From NCBI GenBank assembly GCA_963749495.1, contig CAVVMW010000030.1, positions 179,782 through 243,781 of the forward strand: 64,000 bases of DNA. The letters run 5' to 3'. The DNA comes from an uncultured bacterium. Its GTDB lineage: Bacteria; Verrucomicrobiota; Verrucomicrobiia; Limisphaerales; UBA8199. The translations under genes and the position numbers were made by a program. Under the pieces are notes generated by a model. That model ran no database searches and was not told where the DNA came from. It saw only the letters and a list, made by a program, of their open reading frames with translations. Below, one piece after another: positions 42,000-52,600 of the stretch. The first letter of the stretch is position 1. Each line of letters opens with the position of its first letter.

Positions 42000-43460
42000 G
42001 TGCGCGACTATCCCAAACATTACTGCGGGGTCTTCGGTGTTTTCGGCCATCCGAACGCCGCCGAACTGACTTACTACGGCCTCTATGCCTTGCAGCACCG
42101 GGGCCAGGAAAGCGCGGGCATTGTGACCTCGGATGGGCGCCAGTTCTATGCCCACAAAGGCATGGGCCTGGTCTCGCAGGTCTTCAACGGCAATCTCCTG
42201 CGCGAGTTGACGGGCCAAATGGCCGTCGGCCACACCCGCTACTCCACCACCGGCTCCTCGCACTTGCGCAACGCCCAGCCGCTGACCGTGGACTGCGCCC
42301 GCGGCCAGATCGCCATCGCCCATAACGGCAACTTGACCAATGCCGCCAGGCTCCGCGCCGAGCTGGAATCCCGCGGCTCCATCTTCCAGACCACCGTTGA
42401 CAGCGAGATCATCCTCCACCTGATGGCCCAGCCCAGCCTCAACGGCCAGCGCGATAGCCTCCTCCAGACCCTCCGCCGCATCGAAGGCGCCTATTCCCTG
42501 GTGATGATGACCGAAAAAGAACTCATCGGCGTGCGCGACCCTTACGGCTTCCGCCCGCTTTGCCTGGGCCGGCTCGACCAGGCCTGGGTGCTGGCCAGCG
42601 AGACCTGCGCCCTCGACCTCATCCACGCCAAGTTCCTCCGCGATGTCGAGCCGGGCGAAATCGTGGTCCTTAACCAGGACGGCCTCACCAGCTTCCAGGC
42701 CTTCCCCGAGCAGGAGCGCCGCGCCTTCTGCATCTTCGAATACGTCTATTTCGCCCGCCCCGACAGCACCATCGCCAATCGCAGCGTCTATAGGGTCCGG
42801 GTCGAACTGGGCCGCCAACTCGCCCGCGAGTTCCCCGTCCAGGCCGACGTTGTCGTGCCGGTCCCCGACAGCGGCAACTGCGCCGCCCTGGGCTACTCGC
42901 TGGAGTCGCAAATCCCCTACGAAATGGCCTTCGTCCGCAACCATTACATCGGCCGCAGCTTCCTCCAGCCCTCCCAGCTCATTCGCGACTTCGACGTGCG
43001 GGTCAAGCTCAACCTCATCGAGGAACTGGTCAAAAACAAGCGCGTGGTCGTGGTCGACGATTCCATCGTGCGCGGCACCACCTGCAAGGCCCGCGTCAAC
43101 AACCTCAAAGAGGCCGGCGCCAAAGAGGTTCACGTGATGGTCAGTTGCCCCCCCCACGTGCGCCCTTGTGTTTATGGCATCGACTTCCCCGACCCCAGCA
43201 AACTGATGGCCGCCAACTATTCGCTGGATCAGATCCGCGCTTACCTCAACGCCGATTCCCTCCATTACCTCTCCCAGGCCGGCATGGTCCAGGCCACCGG
43301 CCTGCCCAAAGAGGCCTTCTGCATGGCCTGCTACGACGGCAATTACCCCGTGCCGTTCGACACCGCCGTGGACAAGCTCGTCATCGAGCGGCGCAACGCC
43401 CGCCTGCCCAGCCTGGCCGAGGCCCTGGCCAACGAAAGGGCCCAAATCAAGCTGCTCTGA
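42000..43460 (+). CDS. purF: Amidophosphoribosyltransferase
   Basis: Propeptide then CGVFG; LQHRGQESAGI; HTRYSTTG; HNGNL; VVVDDSIVRGTT; CVYGID; a TTGACG-17-TAGTGT promoter-like site at 41951-41979. Confidence 0.97.
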   Translation: MRDYPKHYCGVFGVFGHPNAAELTYYGLYALQHRGQESAGIVTSDGRQFYAHKGMGLVSQVFNGNLLRELTGQMAVGHTRYSTTGSSHLRNAQPLTVDCARGQIAIAHNGNLTNAARLRAELESRGSIFQTTVDSEIILHLMAQPSLNGQRDSLLQTLRRIEGAYSLVMMTEKELIGVRDPYGFRPLCLGRLDQAWVLASETCALDLIHAKFLRDVEPGEIVVLNQDGLTSFQAFPEQERRAFCIFEYVYFARPDSTIANRSVYRVRVELGRQLAREFPVQADVVVPVPDSGNCAALGYSLESQIPYEMAFVRNHYIGRSFLQPSQLIRDFDVRVKLNLIEELVKNKRVVVVDDSIVRGTTCKARVNNLKEAGAKEVHVMVSCPPHVRPCVYGIDFPDPSKLMAANYSLDQIRAYLNADSLHYLSQAGMVQATGLPKEAFCMACYDGNYPVPFDTAVDKLVIERRNARLPSLAEALANERAQIKLL

Positions 43461-43562
43461 TCCACAGTCCACAGTCCACAGTCCACAGTCCACAGCCGGC
43501 AGACCGTCCGCCGTCATTCGTCATTCGTCATTCGTCATTCGTCATTCGTCATTCGTCATTCG
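43461..43562. repeat. Heptamer microsatellites (TCCACAG)n and (ATTCGTC)n
   Basis: Two tandem heptamer tracts after the purF stop. Confidence 0.9.
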
Positions 43563-43568
43563 ATTTCC

Positions 43569-43597
43569 TTGACCCCTGCCCGGAAATGACCGATAAT
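43569..43597 (+). promoter_or_regulatory. Sigma70-type promoter of ssrA
   Basis: TTGACC-17 bp-GATAAT ending 12 nt before the mature 5' end. Confidence 0.7.
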
Positions 43598-43609
43598 GTC
43601 AGTGTTGCT

Positions 43610-43966
43610 GGGGGCGTACTGGTTTCGACCTGGCAGGTACGTCAGAGGCGGCATGCCGAGGATGGTTCGTTGGCCTCGTTAATCACCGGACCAAAACAAT
43701 AACTGCTAACCAAGAATTAGCTCTCGCGGCCTAACGTGCCGCGACGTTCGCCGGCTGACGCCTGCTGGGCCGGCAGAACGCCACAGCAGGCTAGGCGGGT
43801 TGCGGCGCCTGCGCGCCATCCGCCGAAGCTCTTATCCTGCGGGCTAGGCCTTGCGGCTCGGTGTCAGGCCGCTATCGCAGGGCAGAAAACTCTCTCCTGA
43901 CTAAGCATGTAGTCGCGGCTGGTGCATTTGCCAGGGACGCGGGTTCAACTCCCGCCGCCTCCACCA
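43610..43966 (+). ncRNA. ssrA: tmRNA; tag peptide (A)ANQELALAA encoded at 43705-43734
   Basis: 5' GGGGGCG pairs with 3' CGCCTCC-ACCA including a G3:U pair; TTCGAC near the 5' end; T-arm GCGGGTTCAACTCCCGC; tag ORF GCTAACCAAGAATTAGCTCTCGCGGCCTAA. Confidence 0.96.
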
Positions 43967-43993
43967 ACTAAATCAGGCATGAAAAGGAAATGC

Positions 43994-44022
43994 TTGACAT
44001 GACGGGGCAGATACGGGACAAT
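43994..44022 (+). promoter_or_regulatory. Putative integrase promoter (leaderless transcript)
   Basis: TTGACA-17 bp-GACAAT; ATG at 44029 begins 7 nt after the -10 box. Confidence 0.55.
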
Positions 44023-44028
44023 CCGCGC

Positions 44029-45426
44029 ATGAAAACGCAGCGAAATAACCCTGAATCTGACAGCTCGAACGGCTCCCCAATCGCGATTTCAGAGGGAAGC
44101 AGCTCGGTCAAAATCTACCGCACCGTAAACCGCATCTATCGCGCCAACTCCCAAACGGGCGAACAGGAGCTGAAGAGCGAACATCCCCAGTTCACCCTGG
44201 TTTATTACTTAGGGTCGCGCCGGATTAAAGAGAAATTCTCCGACCAAACGAAAGCCGAAGTCAGGGCGCGCCAGGCCGTCACTCTGCTGGCCAATGGCGA
44301 GACCGAAGCGTTGAAGTTGACCGGAGCAGACAGCATCGATTACGTGAAGGCAATGGAAAGGCTGAGGGAGCTACAACCCAAGCCTGATTTGAATCTGGCC
44401 ATTGCCGACTATGTTACTTCGGTCAAACGGCTGCCAGAAGGGGTTACGCTGCGAGAATGTGCGGAGGACTACTTGCGGCGGCATGGCCTGTGCAAAAAGG
44501 CCGTACAGGAAATTGTCGATGAGCTTATCGAGTCCAAGCGCCAGGCCGGCAAGAGCGACATCTACCTCAAGGACCTTTCGGGCAGGCTCAATCAGTTTGC
44601 CAAGGCATTTCCAGTCCCGCTCTCGACGGTCACGGGGACTAAAATTGAGGATTATATTCGTTCGCTTCGCGCCTACTCCAAGGTCCCCGGTGACGAAAAT
44701 TTCCGCCCGCTCTCCGGCCGGACTCAGAATAACCACCGCCGGCTTATCGGCACCTTGATTCGGTTTGCCGTCCATCGTCGCTATTTGCCCAGGGACTATG
44801 AGGGCGAGCTTGATGCCGTGGAAAAGGCAAACGATGACAACGGCGAGATCGAAATCTTTACGCCCGATGAACTGCGCAGCGTTCTCAATGCCTGCCTTGC
44901 GCCCATAAAGGAGCGCGGTGCCCTGCGCACCCGCGCCGCCCTGGTGCCCTATGTCACCATCGGCGCCTTTGCTGGCCTGCGAGCGGCTGAACTGGAACGG
45001 CTCGATTGGTCGGAAGTAAACATCCCCCGCCGATTCATTGAAATAAAAGCCTCGAAGTCAAAGACCGCCTCACGTCGGCTGGCGCCAATTACTGAGAATC
45101 TGGCCGCCTGGCTTGCGCCTTATGCCCAGGCTTCCGGCCCCGTGGCGCCGTTCGCCAACATGTCCAAGCAACTCACGATGTATCTTGCGCCCGTTGCGGC
45201 CGTGACCTGGAAACACAACGGCTTGCGCCACTCCTTTATTTCTTACCGCCTGGCCGACATTAACGACATGGGCAAATTAGCTCTCGAAGCGGGCAATTCT
45301 CCACAGATGATTTTCCAGCACTACCGCCAGATCGTGACTGGGGAACATGCGAAAGCCTGGTTTGCCATCATGCCACCGCAACCGGCTGAGAATGTCGTGG
45401 CGCTTGTCCAGCCTCAGAAAATATGA
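44029..45426 (+). CDS. Tyrosine recombinase/integrase
   Basis: FAGLRAAEL (R), KSKT (K), HNGLRHSF (HxxR), AGNS and FQHY (Y); alternative start at 43990. Confidence 0.93.
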   Translation: MKTQRNNPESDSSNGSPIAISEGSSSVKIYRTVNRIYRANSQTGEQELKSEHPQFTLVYYLGSRRIKEKFSDQTKAEVRARQAVTLLANGETEALKLTGADSIDYVKAMERLRELQPKPDLNLAIADYVTSVKRLPEGVTLRECAEDYLRRHGLCKKAVQEIVDELIESKRQAGKSDIYLKDLSGRLNQFAKAFPVPLSTVTGTKIEDYIRSLRAYSKVPGDENFRPLSGRTQNNHRRLIGTLIRFAVHRRYLPRDYEGELDAVEKANDDNGEIEIFTPDELRSVLNACLAPIKERGALRTRAALVPYVTIGAFAGLRAAELERLDWSEVNIPRRFIEIKASKSKTASRRLAPITENLAAWLAPYAQASGPVAPFANMSKQLTMYLAPVAAVTWKHNGLRHSFISYRLADINDMGKLALEAGNSPQMIFQHYRQIVTGEHAKAWFAIMPPQPAENVVALVQPQKI

Positions 45427-46299
45427 GCGAGCCACCTGAACAGCAAAGTGATTCAGGCACGGCCACCGGCGCCCGCCCTGACAGGAGGAAGCCCAAGAAG
45501 GATTGGAAGCGCCGGCTGCTGCATGAGAAGCTTTGGGAGTTGCTGCGCCGGAATCCGCGTTTCAAAAGCGATGCCCGAAAGCTGCTCAAGGCGAACTCCC
45601 TGGGGCAGGACGGCATTTACGACAGTGCCCCGCCCTATGCCCAAACTGCGTTTGAGTGCATGTTGATATTCTTGCTCGTTGCCCGATGAAATTCCTTCGC
45701 TGCTGCGTTACGCGATGGCCTGGGATAAAACGCCCCTGCAATTCCGGGTGAAATTCGAGGATATTCTGACCGACTTGGCCGGCCTGGACCGCAACCAGAG
45801 CGTAACCCTGCAGATCGTGAACGCTGCCAATCTAAGGAAACAGGCTCAAAAATTGTATGAACTTCGGAGCGCGGCCCCGGCCAATGACAAGGCGGAATCA
45901 GGCGAGGATGTTCACTTAGTGTTCCTGCGTCTGAACTCAGAATTATCCAAGCTGGCCGGGAGAATCGTCTTTGCGCTCCCGAAGACGATGTACTACGGGG
46001 CATTTACGAAGCGGATAGTTTCCGAGCTACAAAAACGTCTCAACTACTCCACTGGGAAACGTTCTTCGACAATCTACAAGGGTAGTCTCTTGGGGACTGA
46101 TTCGCAGTGGCAGCACTATCTCGACTGGGAGACAATCGGCAAGCTTGCTCCACCGGAACCGGAGCAGAAACAACACCCACAATACGCCGCCACTGTTCTC
46201 AGGGATGTGAAGAAGATCAAAGCTCTGATTCCCAGGGTCTATCCACGGTTTGACATCCCGCTCGGTGTGTGCCTGCCCTCCAGCATTGAACATGAGTGA
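45423..46299 (+). CDS. Hypothetical protein(s) with a WELLRRNP motif; two overlapping ORFs (45423-45689, 45679-46299), possibly one frameshifted gene
   Basis: ATG overlaps the integrase stop; the second ORF is in the +1 frame, has only a TTG start, and ends over the next ATG. Confidence 0.55.
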
Positions 46300-46648
46300 A
46301 CAAAACAGACAGCAGCGTGTCCTCGAGAAATTCTACAGCCCGCGTGAACTCGGCTATTTGCTTGGTTTCAGCGAATCGTTTTGGCGCAAAGCGGCCCAGG
46401 CGGGTGAATTCATCCTTGCGGACAGCGCGGGCAACATCATCGCCCAGCCCGTAGAGATTGCGGGCGAAATCAGGATTCCGGCAAGCTCTGTAAACGCCTA
46501 CCTTGCCCGCCGCCCGTACCGTTATGATGCCGGCGTAAAAGCTCGAAACATTGGAGAGCTACGGCGGAAGCTTGGCAAACACGGCAACCTCGCCGGCAGT
46601 CCAACCTGCTCCGTAGATGTTACTGCCAGTCCCCCAGAGGCGCCGTAA
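46292..46648 (+). CDS. Excisionase-like winged-HTH protein
   Basis: KFYSPRELGYLLGFSESFWRK...EIRIPASSVNAYL pattern of MerR/Xis-type HTH. Confidence 0.65.
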   Translation: MSEQNRQQRVLEKFYSPRELGYLLGFSESFWRKAAQAGEFILADSAGNIIAQPVEIAGEIRIPASSVNAYLARRPYRYDAGVKARNIGELRRKLGKHGNLAGSPTCSVDVTASPPEAP

Positions 46649-46652
46649 TGCC

Positions 46653-46668
46653 GTCCAAACGTCTGGAC
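46653..46668. promoter_or_regulatory. 16-bp imperfect palindrome GTCCAAACGTCTGGAC (left border of array 1)
   Basis: Same or variant motif at 53433, 56276, 59507 and 63847. Confidence 0.7.
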
Positions 46669-46691
46669 TCGTCAGGACTCGACACAAGACG

Positions 46692-49600
46692 GGCGCTGAG
46701 ACGATGGCCAGGACCTGGCCGCGGCCGGACGCGACGGCTGCCGGCGCGGTCCACCAGTGCTGCGGCGCAAGCTGCCCGGCCAGGCCCGCACTTCCAGCGT
46801 GTCCGCCTCGATGCGGCCGGCGCGACGTGCCCGAGGCCGTCCGCTCAATCCTCCAGACCAGAACCGGCGCTGAGAGACGATGGCCAGGACCTGGCCGCGT
46901 CCGGACGCAACGGTGCCCGGTCGGTCCGCCAGCGTTGTGGCGCAAGCTGCCTGGCCAGGCCCGCACTTCGAGCGCGACGTGCCCCAGGCCGTCCGCTCCA
47001 TCGGCCAGGACAGAGCCGGCGCTGAGAGACGATGGCCAGGACCTGGCCGCGCTCGGATGCGGCGGCGCCCGCGCAGTTCACCAGCGTTGTGGCGCAAGCT
47101 GCCTGGCCACAGGCCCGCGCTTCGAGCGCGACGTGCCACAGGCCGCCCGCTCCATCGGCCAGGACACAGCCGGCGCTGAGAGACGATGGCCAGGACCTGG
47201 CCGCGTCCGGACGCAACGGTGCCCGGTCGGTCCACCAGTGCTGCGGCGCAAGCTCCCTGGCCAGGCCCGCACTTCGAGCGCGACGTGCCCGAGGCCGTCC
47301 GCTCCATCGGCCCGGACAGAGCCGGCGCTGAGAGACGATGGCCAGGGCCTGGCCGCGGTTGGACGCGACGGCTGCCGGCGCGGTCCACCAGTGCTGCGGC
47401 GCAAGCGGCCCGGCCAGGCCCGCGCTTCGAGCGCGACGTGCCCGAGGCCGTCCGCTCCATCGGCCAGACCAGAGCCGGCGCTGAGAGACGATGGCCAGGA
47501 CCTGGCCGCGCCCGGACGCAACGGTGTCCGGTCGGTCCACCAGCGTTGTGGCGCAAGCTGCCTGGCCAGGCCCGCAGTTCGAGCGCGACGTGCCCCAGGG
47601 CGTTCGCTCCATCGGCCAGGACACAGCCGACGCTGAGAGACGATGGCCAGGACCTGGCCGCGTCCGGACGCAACGGTGCCCGGTCGGTCCACCAGTGCTG
47701 CGGCGCAAGCTGCCTGGCCAGGCCCGCACTTCGAGCGCGACGTGCCCGAGGCCGTCCGCCCCATCGGCCCGGACAGAGCCGGCACTGAGAGACGATGGCC
47801 AGGGCCTGGCCGCGGTTGGACGCGACGGCTGCCGGCGCGGTCCACCAGTGCTGCGGCGCAAGCGGCCCGGCCAGGCCCGCGCTTCGAGCGCGACGTGCCC
47901 GAGGCCGTCCGCTCCATCGGCCAGACCAGAGCCGGCGCTGAGAGACGATGGCCAGGACCTGGCCGCGCCCGGATGCGACGGCGCGCGCGCAGTTCACCAG
48001 CGTTGTGGCGCAAGCTGCCTGGCCAGGCCCGCGCTTCGAGCGCGACGTGCCCGAGGCCGTCCGCTCCATCGGCCAGACCAGAGCCGGCGCTCAGAGACGA
48101 TGGCCAGGACCTGGCCGCGTCCGGACGCAACGGTGCCCGGTCGGTCCACCAGCGTTGTGGCGCAAGCTGCCTGGCCAGGCCCGCAGTTCGAGCGCGACGT
48201 GCCCCAGGGCGTTCGCTCCATCGGCCAGGACACAGCCGGCGCTGAGAGACGATGGCCAGGACCTGGCCGCGTCCGGACGCAACGGTGCCCGGTCGGTCCG
48301 CCAGCGTTGTGGCGCAAGCTGCCTGGCCAGGCCCGCGCTTCGAGCGTGTCCGCCTCGAGGCAACCGGCGCCGCACTTCGAGCGCAACGTGCCCGAGGCCG
48401 TCCGCTCCATCGGCCAGACCAGAGCCGGCGCTGAGAGACGATGGCCAGGGCCTGGCCGCGGTCGGACGCGACGGCTGCCGGCGCGGCCCACCAGTGCTGC
48501 GGCGCAAGCTGCCCGGCCAGGCCCGCGGTTCGAGCGCGACGTGCCCGAGGCCGTCCGCTCCATCGGCCAGACCAGAGCCGGCGCTGAGAGACGATGGCCA
48601 GGGCCTGGCCGCGGTTGGACGCGACGGCTGCCGGCGCGGTCCACCAGTGCTGCGGCGCAAGCGGCCCGGCCAGGCCCGCGCTTCGAGCGCGACGTGCCCG
48701 AGGCCGTCCGCTCCATCGGCCAGACCAGAGCCGGCGCTGAGAGACGATGGCCAGGACCTGGCCGCGCCCGGACGCAACGGTGCCCGGTCGGTCCACCAGC
48801 GTTGTGGCGCAAGCTGCCTGGCCAGGCCCGCAGTTCGAGCGCGACGTGCCCCAGGGCGTTCGCTCCATCGGCCAGGACACAGCCGGCGCTGAGAGACGAT
48901 GGCCAGGACCTGGCCGCGTCCGGACGCAACGGTGCCCGGTCGGTCCACCAGTGCTGCGGCGCAAGCTGCCTGGCCAGGCCCGCACTTCGAGCGCGACGTG
49001 CCCGAGGCCGTCCGCCCCATCGGCCCGGACAGAGCCGGCACTGAGAGACGATGGCCAGGGCCTGGCCGCGGTTGGACGCGACGGCTGCCGGCGCGGTCCA
49101 CCAGTGCTGCGGCGCAAGCTGCCTGGCCAGGCCCGCACTTCGAGCGCGACGTGCCCGAGGCCGTCCGCCCCATCGGCCCGGACAGAGCCGGCACTGAGAG
49201 ACGATGGCCAGGGCCTGGCCGCGGTTGGACGCGACGGCTGCCGGCGCGGTCCACCAGTGCTGCGGCGCAAGCGGCCCGGCCAGGCCCGCGCTTCGAGCGC
49301 GACGTGCCCGAGGCCGTCCGCTCCATCGGCCAGACCAGAGCCGGCGCTGAGAGACGATGGCCAGGACCTGGCCGCGCCCGGACGCAACGGTGCCCGGTCG
49401 GTCCACCAGCGTTGTGGCGCAAGCTGCCTGGCCAGGCCCGCAGTTCGAGCGCGACGTGCCCCAGGGCGTTCGCTCCATCGGCCAGGACACAGCCGGCGCT
49501 GAGAGACGATGGCCAGGACCTGGCCGCGTCCGGACGCAACGGTGCCCGGTCGGTCCACCAGTGCTGCGGCGCAAGCTGCCTGGCCAGGCCCGCACTTCGA

Positions 49601-52600
49601 GCGCGACGTGCCCGAGGCCGTCCGCCCCATCGGCCCGGACAGAGCCGGCACTGAGAGACGATGGCCAGGGCCTGGCCGCGGTTGGACGCGACGGCTGCCG
49701 GCGCGGTCCACCAGTGCTGCGGCGCAAGCTGCCTGGCCAGGCCCGCACTTCGAGCGCGACGTGCCCGAGGCCGTCCGCCCCATCGGCCCGGACAGAGCCG
49801 GCACTGAGAGACGATGGCCAGGGCCTGGCCGCGGTTGGACGCGACGGCTGCCGGCGCGGTCCACCAGTGCTGCGGCGCAAGCGGCCCGGCCAGGCCCGCG
49901 CTTCGAGCGCGACGTGCCCGAGGCCGTCCGCTCCATCGGCCAGACCAGAGCCGGCGCTGAGAGACGATGGCCAGGACCTGGCCGCGCCCGGACGCAACGG
50001 TGCCCGGTCGGTCCACCAGCGTTGTGGCGCAAGCTGCCTGGCCAGGCCCGCAGTTCGAGCGCAACGTGCCCCAGGGCGTTCGCTCCATCGGCCAGGACAC
50101 AGCCGACGCTGAGAGACGATGGCCAGGACCTGGCCGCGTCCGGCCGCAACGGTGCCCGGTCGGTCCACCAGTGCTGCGGCGCAAGCTGCCTGGCCAGGCC
50201 CGCACTTCGAGCGCGACGTGCCCGAGGCCGTCCGCCCCATCGGCCCGGACAGAGCGGCACTGAGAGACGATGGCCAGGGCCTGGCCGCGGTTGGACGCGA
50301 CGGCTGCCGGCGCGGTCCACCAGTGCTGCGGCGCAAGCGGCCCGGCCAGGCCCGCGCTTCGAGCGCAACGTGCCCGAGGCCGTCCGCTCCATCGGCCAGA
50401 CCAGAGCCGGCGCTGAGAGACGATGGCCAGGACCTGGCCGCGCCCGGATGCGACGGCGCGCGCGCAGTTCACCAGCGTTGTGGCGCAAGCTGCCTGGCCA
50501 GGCCCGCGCTTCGAGCGCGACGTGCCCGAGGCCGTCCGCTCCATCGGCCAGACCAGAGCCGGCGCTCAGAGACGATGGCCAGGACCTGGCCGCGTCCGGA
50601 CGCAACGGTGCCCGGTCGGTCCACCAGCGTTGTGGCGCAAGCTGCCTGGCCAGGCCCGCAGTTCGAGCGCAACGTGCCCCAGGGCGTTCGCTCCATCGGC
50701 CAGGACACAGCCGGCGCTGAGAGACGATGGCCAGGACCTGGCCGCGTCCGGACGCAACGGTGCCCGGTCGGTCCGCCAGCGTTGTGGCGCAAGCTGCCTG
50801 GCCAGGCCCGCGCTTCGAGCGTGTCCGCCTCGAGGCAACCGGCGCCGCACTTCGAGCGCAACGTGCCCGAGGCCGTCCGCTCCATCGGCCAGACCAGAGC
50901 CGGCGCTGAGAGACGATGGCCAGGGCCTGGCCGCGGTCGGACGCGACGGCTGCCGGCGCGGCCCACCAGTGCTGCGGCGCAAGCGGCCCGGCCAGGCCCG
51001 CGGTTCGAGCGCAACGTGCCCGAGGCCGTCCGCTCCATCGGCCAGACCAGAGCCGGCACTGAGAGACGATGGCCAGGGCCTGGCCGCGGTTGGACGCGAC
51101 GGCTGCCGGCGCGGTCCACCAGTGCTGCGGCGCAAGCTGCCTGGCCAGGCCCGCACTTCGAGCGCGACGTGCCCGAGGCCGTCCGCCCCATCGGCCCGGA
51201 CAGAGCCGGCACTGAGAGACGATGGCCAGGGCCTGGCCGCGGTTGGACGCGACGGCTGCCGGCGCGGTCCACCAGTGCTGCGGCGCAAGCGGCCCGGCCA
51301 GGCCCGCGCTTCGAGCGCGACGTGCCCGAGGCCGTCCGCTCCATCGGCCAGACCAGAGCCGGCGCTGAGAGACGATGGCCAGGACTTGGCCGCGCCCGGA
51401 CGCAACGGTGCCCGGTCGATCCACCAGCGTTGTGGCGCAAGCTGCCTGGCCAGGCCCGCAGTTCGAGCGCGACGTGCCCCAGGGCGTTCGCTCCATCGGC
51501 CAGGACACAGCCGGCGCTGAGAGACGATGGCCAGGACCTGGCCGCGTCCGGCCGCAACGGTGCCCGGTCGGTCCACCAGTGCTGCGGCGCAAGCTGCCTG
51601 GCCAGGCCCGCACTTCGAGCGCAACGTGCCCGAGGCCGTCCGCCCCATCGGCCCGGACAGAGCCGGCACTGAGAGACGATGGCCAGGGCCTGGCCGCGGT
51701 TGGACGCGACGGCTGCCGGCGCGGTCCACCAGTGCTGCGGCGCAAGCGGCCCGGCCAGGCCCGCGCTTCGAGCGCGACGTGCCCGAGGCCGTCCGCTCCA
51801 TCGGCCAGACCAGAGCCGGCGCTGAGAGACGATGGCCAGGACCTGGCCGCGCCCGGATGCGACGGCGCGCGCGCAGTTCACCAGCGTTGTGGCGCAAGCT
51901 GCCTGGCCAGGCCCGCGCTTCGAGCGCGACGTGCCCGAGGCCGTCCGCTCCATCGGCCAGACCAGAGCCGGCGCTCAGAGACGATGGCCAGGACCTGGCC
52001 GCGTCCGGACGCAACGGTGCCCGGTCGGTCCACCAGCGTTGTGGCGCAAGCTGCCTGGCCAGGCCCGCAGTTCGAGCGCGACGTGCCCCAGGGCGTTCGC
52101 TCCATCGGCCAGGACACAGCCGGCGCTGAGAGACGATGGCCAGGACCTGGCCGCGTCCGGACGCAACGGTGCCCGGTCGGTCCGCCAGCGTTGTGGCGCA
52201 AGCTGCCTGGCCAGGCCCGCGCTTCGAGCGTGTCCGCCTCGAGGCGACCGGCGCCGCACTTCGAGCGCGACGTGCCCGAGGCCGTCCGCTCCATCGGCCA
52301 GACCAGAGCCGGCGCTGAGAGACGATGGCCAGGACCTGGCCGCGCCCGGATGCGACGGCTGCCGGCGCGGCCCACCAGTGCTGCGGCGCAAGCGGCCCGG
52401 CCAGGCCCGCGCTTCGAGCGCGACGTGCCCGAGGCCGTCCGCTCCATCGGCCAGACCAGAGCCGGCGCTCAGAGACGATGGCCAGGACCTGGCCGCGCCC
52501 GGACGCAACGGTGCCCGGTCGGTCCACCAGCGTTGTGGCGCAAGCTGCCTGGCCAGGCCCGCAGTTCGAGCGCGACGTGCCCGAGGCCGTCCGCTCCATC

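Noticed and set aside
749..43517. Long antisense ORFs (e.g. 749-2140 +, 19331-22123 -, 24021-25538 +, 32155-33543 +, most of 36829-39285 -, 41973-43517 -)
   Set aside because: Shadow frames of well-supported genes on the opposite strand in high-GC DNA.
43930..43966. Stand-alone tRNA gene
   Set aside because: The T-arm and CCA belong to the tRNA-like domain of tmRNA; there is no anticodon arm.
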